From Candidatus Poribacteria bacterium (GTDB lineage Bacteria; Poribacteria; WGA-4E; WGA-3G), in assembly GCA_965242965.1 (NCBI GenBank), contig OZ251518.1:1120001-1184000 (forward strand): a stretch of 64,000 nucleotides of DNA, read 5' to 3'. The first letter of the stretch is position 1. Each line of letters starts with the position of its first letter. Made by a program: the position numbers and the translations under genes. Below, piece after piece: positions 1-10,194 of this stretch. The notes below the pieces were generated by a model. That model did no database searches. It was not told where the DNA came from and worked only from the letters and a program-made list of their open reading frames with translations.

Positions 1-1890
1 ACGACGTTGATGTCTGGGGCAGGTCTTGAGCGTGCTGGGACGGCAGATCCGGCGGTGGATGTGGGTGAGGTTGCGCCGGTACCGGACACGTCCACGGATC
101 TGGTGGTTTCTGTCAGCGATCCGTCCGGTGAGCGGCCGGTGGCGACAACTGTCGATGTGCAGGTGATACCGGTGATTTACATTCCGCAGGATGATGCTGT
201 CTCAAAAGCGGTTGCATCAACTGTGCCGCGTTCTCCGGTCGTTTTCAACGAACTGGGGAATGGCAGTGATGCAACAAATGACTGGCTGGAATTCCGCAAT
301 GTCAGCGGTTCAGATGTCTCTCTCAAAGACTGGGAGCTCTCCGTTGTCGCCGATGGAAAAAAGGAAGATACCTCCCTCATCGTCTTCCCGGATGTGAGTG
401 TGCCGGCAAACGGTTTGTTATTGATAACAAACATGCCTTCGGACAAAACGCCACTCGCAGGCGGTGCCAATAAAGGGTTATCGCATGCATCTTTAGTGGA
501 TGCGGGCCTCTCGCTGCCCGATGATGGCAAATTCCTGTTGATTCTCCGGAATGCCAAGGAGAAACTCGGCTTGGATGAAGCGTTCATTGATGTCGCCGGT
601 GGCGGCGGCAGTGATACGGATGCGTTCATTCGTGACGAGACAGGCGATTATGATACGCATGTCTGGCCCTTGCAGGTCTTGGAATCCCCCGGTGATGCCA
701 CTGAAGATGCGCTCAGTTCAGGCAAAGTCTGGCAGCGCGCGAAAGCGGATATCATTGGGTATCATCAAGCTGCCTGGGCGGAAGCCGCCTTCACCGGTAT
801 CGGTTACGATAGAAAAGTGACGCAGTCGGCTGCCACTGCGGGCACACCGGGCTATCCGAATGGCGCGGTGAAAACGGAGGCATCTACGCCAAAAGGTGCG
901 GTGACTATCAGCGAAATCATGTTTGATTCCGAAGGTGGCACATTGCCGCAATGGATCGAGTTGTATAACAAATCCAAAACCGAGGCACTGAACCTGAATC
1001 GCTGGCAGTTAGAGATTCAGAATCGGAATTCCCACGACTTGGTTGGCAGACCCATCGTCACCTTGACGCTGCAAGAGAAAGTGATTCAACCGAATCAAAC
1101 CCTCTTGATAGTGGCCGGCGATGCCCGTGCTTCCTCGACAGAAGTCTTCCCGGCAGATCGCGTCTACAACCTCCTGAAACTGCACGAGAAGAATCTCCGC
1201 ATCAAAACGCCGCGAGATACCTTCTTGAGTGGCGAGGGATTCTATCTGAAGTTATCCGATCGAAACGGGACGAAGATAGACGAAGTCGGGAACATCGATG
1301 ACAATCGTCGCACCGACGATGCGCCGGTGTGGGTGTGGCCCACGAATCGTCGGGATGGCGCGCGCAGTTCTGTCGTCCGTCGTTATGATAAAGGCGCGGT
1401 GGCACGCGATGGGATGCTGAAGTCCAATTGGGCATTAGCGGCGCATTTCAATAAATTTAAAGTGGAATCGCTGCACTACGGTCATGCCGATGACATTGGC
1501 ACGCCGGGGTATCGTCAAGGCGGTGCATTGCCCGTGGAATTATCGAGTTTCACCCTCACGCGTACTGATGCCGGTCCGGTTGTCGTGACTTGGACAACCG
1601 AGTCTGAAGTCGACAACGCCGGATTTAATCTACGTCGGAGTCTGAAACGCGAGAGTGGTTTCACGTTGTTGAATCCTGTGCTCATCGCCGGTGCCGGCAC
1701 GACAGGCGAGCGTCAAACTTACACGTTCACCGATACCTCTGCGAAGCCTGGGGTCGAGTATTATTACCAGATCGAAGAGGTTTCGTTAGGTGGGCGGCCG
1801 GAGGTATTGCGGACGCGTTACTTACCGGGTCCCGTTTCGCCGACGAATCGTTCGTTGACAACGTTTGGTGAAGTCAAGCAGCGGGAGTAA
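1..1890 (+). CDS. Large secreted lamin-tail-domain (LTD) protein, 5'-truncated by window edge
   Basis: Two LTD-like motifs (VVFNEL...DWLEFRN...SLKDW; VTISEIM...QWIELYN...LNRW), LPVELSSF Ig-like module, C-terminal VSPTNRSLTTFGEVK; paralog of 46081..49980. Confidence 0.8.
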   Translation, partial: TTLMSGAGLERAGTADPAVDVGEVAPVPDTSTDLVVSVSDPSGERPVATTVDVQVIPVIYIPQDDAVSKAVASTVPRSPVVFNELGNGSDATNDWLEFRNVSGSDVSLKDWELSVVADGKKEDTSLIVFPDVSVPANGLLLITNMPSDKTPLAGGANKGLSHASLVDAGLSLPDDGKFLLILRNAKEKLGLDEAFIDVAGGGGSDTDAFIRDETGDYDTHVWPLQVLESPGDATEDALSSGKVWQRAKADIIGYHQAAWAEAAFTGIGYDRKVTQSAATAGTPGYPNGAVKTEASTPKGAVTISEIMFDSEGGTLPQWIELYNKSKTEALNLNRWQLEIQNRNSHDLVGRPIVTLTLQEKVIQPNQTLLIVAGDARASSTEVFPADRVYNLLKLHEKNLRIKTPRDTFLSGEGFYLKLSDRNGTKIDEVGNIDDNRRTDDAPVWVWPTNRRDGARSSVVRRYDKGAVARDGMLKSNWALAAHFNKFKVESLHYGHADDIGTPGYRQGGALPVELSSFTLTRTDAGPVVVTWTTESEVDNAGFNLRRSLKRESGFTLLNPVLIAGAGTTGERQTYTFTDTSAKPGVEYYYQIEEVSLGGRPEVLRTRYLPGPVSPTNRSLTTFGEVKQRE

Positions 1891-1960
1891 TGTCTCGCTG
1901 TTGTTCCATATCTCGCGCGGGCGGTGGCCTATTAGGTTGTCGCCCGCGCGTTTTTTTCAT

Positions 1961-2524
1961 GCACCGTAGCGCGGGGGCCTGTCCCCCGCGATCTCTCGAC
2001 CTGCCGACATCTGTAGTTCGGGAGCGCCCGCTCCCGAACGGATCCAGAGCAGGTGCTCTTGCTCTACAGAGATAAACCGCTGCAGAGCTTCTGAAAAATT
2101 TTTCACGGGTATGATCGCGGGGGACAGGCCCCCGCGCTACGGGAAAAAAAAGCGTGCTGTTTACCGTAGGGCGAGGGCCCTCGCATGCCACACGCGCATC
2201 CGAGAGGGTTCCCCGCGCCATGCCAATCGTCTGAAGCAGGATTTACAAGATTTTCAAGATTTCACAGGATTAGATCTCTGGTGCATCGGCGCGGTTGTGG
2301 CCTGCCACGGGGTATTCGATGCATCAGCGTCTATAATCGTGATAATCGTGATAATCGTGTAAATCCTGCTCATATCTTGCTAATCTTGTAAATCGTGTAA
2401 ATCCTGCTCCTGCTTGGCATGGCGAGGGCCTGTCCCTCGCCCTACGGTGAAAGGGAGGCGTTTTTTTAACCGTATCGCGTGGGGGCATGTCATCGCGCTG
2501 TTGAACGATTTATGAAACACCCTC
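1961..2524. repeat. REP mosaic with 9-bp microrepeats, ending in one TIR (ATTTATGAAACACCCTC, 2508-2524)
   Basis: GTAG-hairpins at 1966, 2013 and 2166; (GATAATCGT)n near 2333-2359. Confidence 0.85.
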
Positions 2525-2560
2525 GTTTAACGCAAACCAAAGAAAATTTCCAGTTACGTT

Positions 2561-2589
2561 TTGACATTTTTTCGTGGTAATGGTATACT
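2561..2589 (+). promoter_or_regulatory. sigma70-type promoter
   Basis: TTGACA-17 nt-TATACT with extended -10 TG. Confidence 0.8.
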
Positions 2590-2622
2590 ATTTGCAATAT
2601 GAACGCTATAGGAGGAAACGTG

Positions 2623-3276
2623 ATGAAAAACATGGCGATAATTTTAAGCCTCATGTTCCTGGGCTTGCCCGCGTGGAGCGGAACGCAACTCTGGGATTTT
2701 GAGGAGAAGCACGATGACTGGGAAGTCGCCAACGGTGACTGGGCGATAAAGGGCGGTGTCTACCAAGTAGAGAAAGGTGGAAAAGCCGAACATTCCCTCG
2801 TCGGTGAAGAGAAGTGGGATGACTACACCGTCGAGGCGAAGATCCGCCTAGACGAAGGCAACTGGGCAGGCGTAGTTTTCCGGGCGCAAAGCGAGATGGA
2901 ATACTACATCTACTACCTCAACGTCCAGAACAACAAGTCCGAACTGTGGAAGCACAGCAAGGGCGCATGGGACACGCGCGTCGCTATCACCAGCAACATT
3001 CCCGCCGCCGGAAAACTCAAAATAGAGAACGGCGAGTGGTTTGATGTGAAGGTGAATGTCGAAGGGAACACCTTCCAGTTGCACATCAACGGTGAACTGC
3101 AGGATGAAAAAGAGGACGGCACCTACAAAACCGGCATGATAGGGGTGTGGGCCTGGGAGACCGGGGCGAGTTTTGACGATGTCACGATTACGGGAGATAA
3201 CGTCAAAGATACGCTTGCCGTCGATGCACGTGAAAAGTTGGCAACGACATGGGGCCGGCTGAAACGGGTTGACTAG
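2623..3276 (+). CDS. Secreted DUF1080/ConA-like beta-sandwich protein
   Basis: SD GGAGG, signal peptide, W-D-D-Y-T-V-E and F-D-D-V motifs, tail KLATTWGRLK. Confidence 0.7.
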   Translation: MKNMAIILSLMFLGLPAWSGTQLWDFEEKHDDWEVANGDWAIKGGVYQVEKGGKAEHSLVGEEKWDDYTVEAKIRLDEGNWAGVVFRAQSEMEYYIYYLNVQNNKSELWKHSKGAWDTRVAITSNIPAAGKLKIENGEWFDVKVNVEGNTFQLHINGELQDEKEDGTYKTGMIGVWAWETGASFDDVTITGDNVKDTLAVDAREKLATTWGRLKRVD

Positions 3277-3293
3277 AACGGGTAACGAACCCT

Positions 3294-3320
3294 GTAGGCG
3301 CGGTTTTCAACCGCGCCTAC
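3294..3320. repeat. Isolated GTAG-REP hairpin
   Basis: GTAGGCGCGGTT-TTC-AACCGCGCCTAC; relatives near 16077, 22413, 31218, 35035 and 62256. Confidence 0.75.
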
Positions 3321-3381
3321 CGGTGGAAAATTGTGGCATTTGCGTCAGGCATGCGGGATTTGATACCGGGAGGAACACCAC

Positions 3382-4200
3382 GTGACACACTTAACCGAAA
3401 CGCAACAACAGCAATGGCAGGAGCAAGGCTTTCTGCTCCTGAAACAGGTGCTGAAACCGGATGAGATTGAGACGCTTTTAACGGCTGTGGATAAGGTTAT
3501 CGAAACTTATCTTCAGAAAACGCCGAAGATGAAAGGCGGAACAGGCGCGTATACCATCATTCGCGCAATTGAGCAGACAGCCGCGCTGGATATGCTCACC
3601 GATCATCCGCGCACTTTCGGCACTATCCTCGCGCTCATGGGGCCCTACCTCCAAATCATGGGGACGCAGATTTATGTCCGGCACCCTGAACAAGAAGCAC
3701 TGATGGCGTTTCATACGGATGCCGGCCCCTCACTGCAACGCATCCATCCGCATCCCGAAAGCCTCCCGCTGCAATTCAAAGTCCAATTTTTCTTGACAGA
3801 TCTTTCTGCGCCGAACCAGGGCAATTTTATGTGCGTGCCGGGAAGCCACAAACACCCGTTCCCCGAGAACGCGTTCGCGAAAGGCACCTATCCCGATGGT
3901 GCGATGCAAGTCCTCGCAGCGGCAGGAGATGCAGTCATTTTCCCGTGGGCGTTATGGCACGGTGTCGGCCCGAATCGGACAGAACGGATTCGGAAAAGCG
4001 TCACGTTCCGGTACGGACAAATGTGGTGCCGCCCTTACGATTATGACACGCTACCGCCCGATGTGCTCGCGCGTATGACACCGCGCCGACGACGGTTGTT
4101 TGGCGAACTGGGTGAAAACCCTCATCCAACCGACTACTATAAACCGCAAGATCAGCTGGAGGTGATTTACGGCGATGAGTGGGCCAGTCGTAATTTTTGA
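3382..4200 (+). CDS. Phytanoyl-CoA dioxygenase (PhyH) family Fe/2OG oxygenase
   Basis: H-T-D iron motif, VPGSH, GDAVIF...LWHG, R-K-S. Confidence 0.85.
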   Translation: MTHLTETQQQQWQEQGFLLLKQVLKPDEIETLLTAVDKVIETYLQKTPKMKGGTGAYTIIRAIEQTAALDMLTDHPRTFGTILALMGPYLQIMGTQIYVRHPEQEALMAFHTDAGPSLQRIHPHPESLPLQFKVQFFLTDLSAPNQGNFMCVPGSHKHPFPENAFAKGTYPDGAMQVLAAAGDAVIFPWALWHGVGPNRTERIRKSVTFRYGQMWCRPYDYDTLPPDVLARMTPRRRRLFGELGENPHPTDYYKPQDQLEVIYGDEWASRNF

Positions 4201-5099
4201 AACAGGTCGCGGAAGATGGCATCGCGGTTGACACCCGTCGCAACGCGCATGAAGTGCCGGCTGTTATCAAAACTCCACGTCATTCCATCTGTCAAGATGG
4301 GGCTGTGGACGACCTCGGTCGGCACCCAACTGTTGTCGATGAGATACGCTGTCGCCGAGATATCCCAAATGACTTTTGACCAGGCGTAGTGCTCGCTATG
4401 GTAATCTTTGAAAATTTTGACGAGATAATCGCCGACTTTGCCTTGGCCCTGGACATAGCGTTCCATTTCCGCCACAGTCGTCAGCAGGTGCGAGACAACG
4501 CCGCGGGCAGGGAGATGCACAAACGGGACACCGCAATCCAAAACTATCTGCGCGCTCAGCACATCTTGTTGCAGATTGAACTCTCGCGTGTGAGGCCAAT
4601 ACAACGGATTGCCGCCAAGCCAGACGACGACTATCCGCTCAATGATTCTCGGTTCCATTAAAATGGCGGCGGCGACATTCGTGATAGCACCGATGGCAAC
4701 GACGTAGAGCGGTTCGTCTGTATCGGTGGTTTCCATGGCGCGCGCCACCATGTCGGTTGCCGCCTCGCTCACCCCCGGTGTCTCGGCATCCGAAAGGAAT
4801 GTGGTTGAACCGCGGTAGACTAACCCGGCGGTGGGGGTATCTAAAAAGTCCAAAAGCCGCAGAATTTCATCGTAACTCTTCTCCATCCCCTCTTCGGGGC
4901 CGGAGGAACGGTTGTTATGAAAAGGCGCGGCGTATATCGCCTCAACGTTGAGTTGTTCCGGCGATAACAGCGCATGGACGACTGCAAACTGGTCATCGAT
5001 TTCGTTATAGGTATCGGTGTCAAGCACCATGCGGACGCGCCCGGTAGGGGGTTGTAGCATCGATAGGCGTTTTGTATCAGATAGCGTCGGGAATTTCAT
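4167..5099 (-). CDS. Nucleoside hydrolase (IU-NH family)
   Basis: DTDTYNEIDDQFA, GAITN, EFNL..D and IWD motifs. Confidence 0.85.
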   Translation of the reverse strand: MKFPTLSDTKRLSMLQPPTGRVRMVLDTDTYNEIDDQFAVVHALLSPEQLNVEAIYAAPFHNNRSSGPEEGMEKSYDEILRLLDFLDTPTAGLVYRGSTTFLSDAETPGVSEAATDMVARAMETTDTDEPLYVVAIGAITNVAAAILMEPRIIERIVVVWLGGNPLYWPHTREFNLQQDVLSAQIVLDCGVPFVHLPARGVVSHLLTTVAEMERYVQGQGKVGDYLVKIFKDYHSEHYAWSKVIWDISATAYLIDNSWVPTEVVHSPILTDGMTWSFDNSRHFMRVATGVNRDAIFRDLFQKLRLAHSSP

Positions 5100-5157
5100 A
5101 TTTGAACCTTCCAATTTTTCATTATTGCAGGAATTGTATCACATTTATCAGATTTTG

Positions 5158-5186
5158 TTGACATAAATCGATTTTTGTAGTATAAT
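5158..5186 (+). promoter_or_regulatory. Consensus sigma70 promoter of the GT2-DUF368-nadK operon
   Basis: TTGACA-17 nt-TATAAT. Confidence 0.85.
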
Positions 5187-5191
5187 TAAAA

Positions 5192-5400
5192 GAGGGTGTT
5201 TCATATTTCGATGTGTTCGGTAGGAGAGACCTCGGGGCTTGATTTCCGGTAGGAGAGACCTCCTGGTCTCGATGTGCCCGTAGCGCGGGGGCCTGTCCCC
5301 CGCGATCGTTGGGTAGACCGCAGCATGGCGAGGGACAGGCCCTCGCCCTACGGTGAGGGGAGGCGTTTTTTACCGTAGCGCGGGGGGCTGTCCCCCGCGA
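5192..5400. repeat. REP mosaic starting with a TIR, in the predicted 5' UTR
   Basis: GAGGGTGTTTCATATTT at 5192 followed by about 5 GTAG/CTAC hairpins. Confidence 0.85.
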
Positions 5401-5431
5401 GCTCCATCGTCAAGATACGTTACGAATAAAA

Positions 5432-6091
5432 ATGAAAATCTGCCTGCTTCTGCCAGCCTACAACGAATCGCACCGGATAGGACAGGTAATTCAGGAGGCA
5501 TCCGCCTTCATTAGCGACATCGTCGTGATTGACGACGGTTCCACAGACAGCACCAGCACAATTGCGGCGGACAGCAGGGCAATCTGTTTAAGGCATACAC
5601 CGAATCGCGGCAAAGGCTTCGCGCTCCGAAAAGGTTTTGCATACGCACTGGCTAACAACTACGACGCAGTCTTCACCATGGACAGCGATGGACAACATGC
5701 ACCGGCGGATATCCCTCGCTTTCTGGAACACTTCGCACGCACGCAGCCCGATATTCTCATCGGCGCGCGTGTTAGCGCGAGAGAGACGATGCCGCTGCAT
5801 CGGCGTATCAACAACGCCTTCATTTCGTGGGTTGGTTCACAATTATGTGGGCAAACAGTGCCGGATTTCCAGTCTGGGTATCGGCTCATTCGCGCCGCAG
5901 TTTTGGAGCAGGTGCAACTAGAGACAGAACGCTACGAGACAGAGTCAGAACTCCTGATTCAATCCGGGCGGCGCGGGTTTCGCATCGAGAGTTTACCGAT
6001 TGCTGCACGCTATGGCGATTACCGCAGCGACATCAAACCGCTGCGCGAGATATGGCTTTTTACGAAATTATTGGTGAGAAGCTTGCGCTAA
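5432..6091 (+). CDS. Glycosyltransferase family 2 (DPM-synthase-like)
   Basis: PAYNE, VIDDGSTD, NRGKG, MDSDGQH, DFQSGYR. Confidence 0.9.
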   Translation: MKICLLLPAYNESHRIGQVIQEASAFISDIVVIDDGSTDSTSTIAADSRAICLRHTPNRGKGFALRKGFAYALANNYDAVFTMDSDGQHAPADIPRFLEHFARTQPDILIGARVSARETMPLHRRINNAFISWVGSQLCGQTVPDFQSGYRLIRAAVLEQVQLETERYETESELLIQSGRRGFRIESLPIAARYGDYRSDIKPLREIWLFTKLLVRSLR

Positions 6092-6119
6092 ATGAACCGC
6101 TGTCGTTTGGAAAAGGAAT

Positions 6120-7151
6120 ATGAACATACTGCGTCACACGGTGAACGGTTTTCTAATAGGCGTTGCAAACATTATTCCCGGTATGAGCGGCGGCACGCTG
6201 GCACTTGTTCTCGGGATTTATGAACGGCTCATCGCCGCACTGCGCAACATCGGGCTCGCCACCGTCAAAAAGGGGCTTCGGACGCTTACCTTCAAAAGGA
6301 GAGCCTTTGAGGAGGCACTAGCAGAACTGCGCCGCGTGGATGCCGGATTCCTCGCCTTATTAGGCAGTGGCGCGATTGCCGCTGTGTTGCTCTCTTCAAA
6401 ACTGATAGTCTATCTGCTGAATCATCACCACGACGCAACATACGGTTTCTTTTGTGGGTTGATTTTGACATCTATCCTCATACCGATACGGATGCTCAAC
6501 AAGTTTGGCGGCAAGGAGTTGTTGGTGTTGCTTATCGCCGTTGCCCTCATCATAGGGATTTCGATTGGGACAACGAGCCAAGATAACGGCGATAACAGTT
6601 TACGCAGCGAGATATCAAACCATCAGGAACCGTTATTGAACGTCTTCCTAACAACAAAAATGTTTGCGTGCGGTGCTTTGGCAATCTCTGCCATGATTTT
6701 GCCCGGCATCAGCGGCTCGTTTCTGATGCTCGCGTTCGGTGTCTATTTTCCATTGCTGAACGCGATTGACGGGGTTACTGCAGGGGTATCGGCACTCGTC
6801 GCCACCGGGCAAATGCCGAATGCCGCGCTATGGGGAGATTTACTCACGCTTGCCTCCTTCGCGCTGGGATGCCTGTTTGGACTGGTGGCATTTACACGGC
6901 TGCTCACTTATCTGCTACACCGATATCGCAACCTGACTATCGCCTTTCTGATAGGGTTGATGGTAGGTTCACTTTACGGGTTATGGCCGTTTCGAGAATT
7001 TATGATAGTTGATGGCGAACGGGTGGATACCGCGCACATCCTCCCACAATTAGATGCGAACCTACTCATCACGCTGGTGCTGTTTTTGGGGGGATGCGGC
7101 GTGATTCTGTGGTTCGCGCAATTAGAAAAAGGACAGCAAAGGGGAAACTAA
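6120..7151 (+). CDS. DUF368 membrane protein (putative undecaprenyl-phosphate translocase)
   Basis: IIPGMSGGTLALVLGIYERLI and AMILPGISGS repeats. Confidence 0.85.
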   Translation: MNILRHTVNGFLIGVANIIPGMSGGTLALVLGIYERLIAALRNIGLATVKKGLRTLTFKRRAFEEALAELRRVDAGFLALLGSGAIAAVLLSSKLIVYLLNHHHDATYGFFCGLILTSILIPIRMLNKFGGKELLVLLIAVALIIGISIGTTSQDNGDNSLRSEISNHQEPLLNVFLTTKMFACGALAISAMILPGISGSFLMLAFGVYFPLLNAIDGVTAGVSALVATGQMPNAALWGDLLTLASFALGCLFGLVAFTRLLTYLLHRYRNLTIAFLIGLMVGSLYGLWPFREFMIVDGERVDTAHILPQLDANLLITLVLFLGGCGVILWFAQLEKGQQRGN

Positions 7152-7159
7152 GCAACGCC

Positions 7160-8035
7160 TTGCGATATACAAAGATAGGGCTTTTTGTCAACACTTCTAA
7201 AGCGAACGCCGCCGAGATTGTCGCAGAAGTGTCGGCGTGGCTGCAGCAGCGAGATGTCACGCCGCTCCTTGCCGATGAACACGCCGCGGCACTCGGGCAC
7301 CCGAAAACCGGGATGCAAATAGCAGACCTTGGTGCACATGCCGACATGCTACTCGTCCTCGGCGGGGACGGAACGTTGCTCAGCGCAGCGCATACGCCTG
7401 GCATCGAAAACGTGCCACTCCTCGCCATTAATATCGGGACGCTCGGTTTTTTGACTGACGCTTCGCTAGCAGAACTTTACCCAACGTTGGAGGCAGTGCG
7501 GCGAGGGGACTATCGCGTTGAGCACCGGATGATGTTAGAGGTAATTGTAAACGGAACGTTCCGCGCGTTCGCGCTCAACGATGTCGTTATCCGGCACTAT
7601 ACGCGGCTCATCGAATTAGATGCCTATATTGATGGTGAGTTGTTTATTCCCTATACCGCCGATGGACTCATCATCGCAACGCCGAGCGGTGCCACCGGAT
7701 ATTCCCTCTCATGCGCTGGGACGATTGTTGCACCGCAGTTGGAGGCGATACTGTTGACACCTATCGCGCCGCATAGCCTCACCGTGCGGCCTTTCATCGC
7801 GCACGGCAACGCGGAGATTACCGTCAAGATGCGTTCCGCTTACGAAAGCGTTGATGTTTTCGTTGACGGCCAACGCGAGACGCACAGCCTTGAGGCGGAA
7901 GCAGTAATTCACGTGCAGAAGGCGGAACGGACTATTCAACTCATTCGTTCACGGCAGCATAACTATTACCGGGCCCTGCGTGAAAAATTGATGCTCGGAG
8001 AAAGTGTCAAGAGGAAAGCCGATAATACCAAATGA
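7160..8035 (+). CDS. nadK: NAD kinase
   Basis: LGGDGTLL, GTLGFL, LNDVV, DGLIIATPSGATGYSLS; TTG start inferred. Confidence 0.92.
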   Translation: MRYTKIGLFVNTSKANAAEIVAEVSAWLQQRDVTPLLADEHAAALGHPKTGMQIADLGAHADMLLVLGGDGTLLSAAHTPGIENVPLLAINIGTLGFLTDASLAELYPTLEAVRRGDYRVEHRMMLEVIVNGTFRAFALNDVVIRHYTRLIELDAYIDGELFIPYTADGLIIATPSGATGYSLSCAGTIVAPQLEAILLTPIAPHSLTVRPFIAHGNAEITVKMRSAYESVDVFVDGQRETHSLEAEAVIHVQKAERTIQLIRSRQHNYYRALREKLMLGESVKRKADNTK

Positions 8036-8160
8036 ACCTGAGGCGTTTGCAAGCGTCTGAATCCTAGCAACCTATTCGTTTCCCAACGTTTGCAAACAGG
8101 GCACTACCCGGCGAACGCATCTCAACTTACAGCGGCGAGCCAGATCAACATAATTTGATA

Positions 8161-8358
8161 AACATGCAAGTCTTGACAACGTCAAGACGGCCTGAAAAGA
8201 CAACCCGCACCGCACGAAAGCAGCCGAACAACCGCTAGGAACAACAAAAACATGCAAGTCTTGACAACGTCAAGACGGCCTGAAAAGACAATCCGCACCG
8301 CACAAAAGCAGCCGAACAACCGCTAGGAACAACAAAAGCCCGCTAGGAACAACAAAAA
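8161..8358. repeat. 88-bp tandem duplication containing the palindrome GTCTTGAC-AAC-GTCAAGAC
   Basis: Units start near 8161 and 8249; CCGCTAGGAACAACAAAA occurs three times. Confidence 0.85.
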
Positions 8359-10089
8359 ATGATAGAGGTGCTTTCAATCCGCAATATCGCCCTAATTGAC
8401 GAACTAGAGTTGGAGTTCGCACCGGGGTTGAATATCTTCACCGGGGAAACCGGTGCCGGCAAATCTGTCATCCTCAAGTCGATGGGCATCGTCCTCGGCG
8501 AGCGTGCCACTGCAGACATCGTCCGCGAAGGGACAGACGCTGCGACAGTGGAAATCGGTGTCGCCCCCTCCGCAGAACATCCGTTTTGGGAGGTAGACGC
8601 TGCCGCCGTGCTTGATGCTGACGATACCGCCATTCTCACGAGACAGATAAGCGCGAACGGCCGAAGCCGATGCCGTCTCAACGGACATATCGCGAATTTA
8701 AGACAACTTCAGTCACTGGGGACATTGCTTGTTGATATCCATGGGCAACATGAGCACCAATCGTTGTTCCGCACCGAAACGCACCTCCAACTCCTCGACG
8801 ATTTCGGCGACTGCGGTGAACTGCGACAGCATGCTGGGAAACTCTATCAGCATCGACAAAAGTTAAGACACGAGGTACGGGAGTTAACACAGACGGTGCG
8901 AACCTCCGAACGCGAAAAGGAACGCCTTGAATTTGAGTGCGCCGAGTTGGAAGCGGCGAATCTCGTCGAAGGCGAGGACGAAACACTCGCCGCCGAAGCG
9001 CGGTTGCTGAGCAACGCCGAGGCGTTGTTTGAAACCGCCAATCTCGTCACGATGCAATTGGAGAGAGGCCGGCGCACACGGCACGCGGCATCGGAGCCCG
9101 CTGTATTAGAACTCCTGAAAGCAGTATCCAAATCCCTCGGCAAATTGTGCGAGATGGACACCAGCCTATCGCGGGTGCATGAACGGTTAGACTCCGCGCT
9201 GTATGAAATAGAGGATATCGCCGCGCATCTCCGGGAGTACGCGAACACGGTGGAGTTCAATCCAATGCGCCTCAACGAAATTACCGAACGCTTGGAGCTC
9301 ATCTCAAAAATCCGGCGACGCTACGGCAACACTATTGAAGAAATACTAGCATACCACGCCGATGCATCGCGGCAGTTGCAAGCGTTACACTTCGGTACCG
9401 AGAAGATTGAGAAACTGAACGCGCAGATTGACGAAGTAACACAGGAGGCGCAGCAGGTATGTACCGCCCTCTCCGCGAAACGGACACAGGTTGCCAAACG
9501 TCTCTCCCTTCTCATTGAACGGGAATTACGGACGCTGGGGATGGACAAGGCGAGATTCATTGTGTCGGTTCAACCTAAGGAAGACGAAAACGGCGCGCTG
9601 CAGATTGACAGCAAACGCTACACCTTCGGGCTGGATGGCATGGATGCGGTGGAATTCTTAATTGCGCCGAACGTCGGTTCGGAACCGCGGCCTATCGCTA
9701 AGATTGCATCCGGCGGGGAACTCTCGCGTGTCATGCTCGCGCTCAAAACGGTGCTTGTTCAAGTCGACGATATCCCGACGCTCATTTTCGACGAGATTGA
9801 TAGCGGTATCGGCGGCAAAGTCGCCGATGTCGTCGGAAAAAAACTGAAGCAACTCGCTGAATTTTCACAAGTGATTTGCATCACGCATCTCCCCCAGATC
9901 GCTCGGTTTGCCGATAAGCATTTCCGGGTGGAGAAGAAAGTCTTCAGCGAACGGACGCTCATCACGGCGAAACCTCTCACACCGGAAGAACGCGTTGAAG
10001 AAATTGTCAGGATGCATGGCGGTGAAGAGACTGAAGCCGGTCTCGCGCACGCCCGAGAACTTTTGGTTGTTCGCGAGGCGTTCGATTAG
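8359..10089 (+). CDS. recN: DNA repair protein RecN
   Basis: TGETGAGKS, DIHGQHEHQ, ASGGELSRVMLA, FDEIDSG, ITHLPQIA. Confidence 0.96.
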   Translation: MIEVLSIRNIALIDELELEFAPGLNIFTGETGAGKSVILKSMGIVLGERATADIVREGTDAATVEIGVAPSAEHPFWEVDAAAVLDADDTAILTRQISANGRSRCRLNGHIANLRQLQSLGTLLVDIHGQHEHQSLFRTETHLQLLDDFGDCGELRQHAGKLYQHRQKLRHEVRELTQTVRTSEREKERLEFECAELEAANLVEGEDETLAAEARLLSNAEALFETANLVTMQLERGRRTRHAASEPAVLELLKAVSKSLGKLCEMDTSLSRVHERLDSALYEIEDIAAHLREYANTVEFNPMRLNEITERLELISKIRRRYGNTIEEILAYHADASRQLQALHFGTEKIEKLNAQIDEVTQEAQQVCTALSAKRTQVAKRLSLLIERELRTLGMDKARFIVSVQPKEDENGALQIDSKRYTFGLDGMDAVEFLIAPNVGSEPRPIAKIASGGELSRVMLALKTVLVQVDDIPTLIFDEIDSGIGGKVADVVGKKLKQLAEFSQVICITHLPQIARFADKHFRVEKKVFSERTLITAKPLTPEERVEEIVRMHGGEETEAGLAHARELLVVREAFD

Positions 10090-10194
10090 CATGGATACGG
10101 AGAACTGAATTGCTCGGATAAGCAGGTAAGCCTTGACAACATCAAGACTGCCTGCTAAAGTCATCCCTGCTGCAAAGGAGCAGCGAAACAGCAT

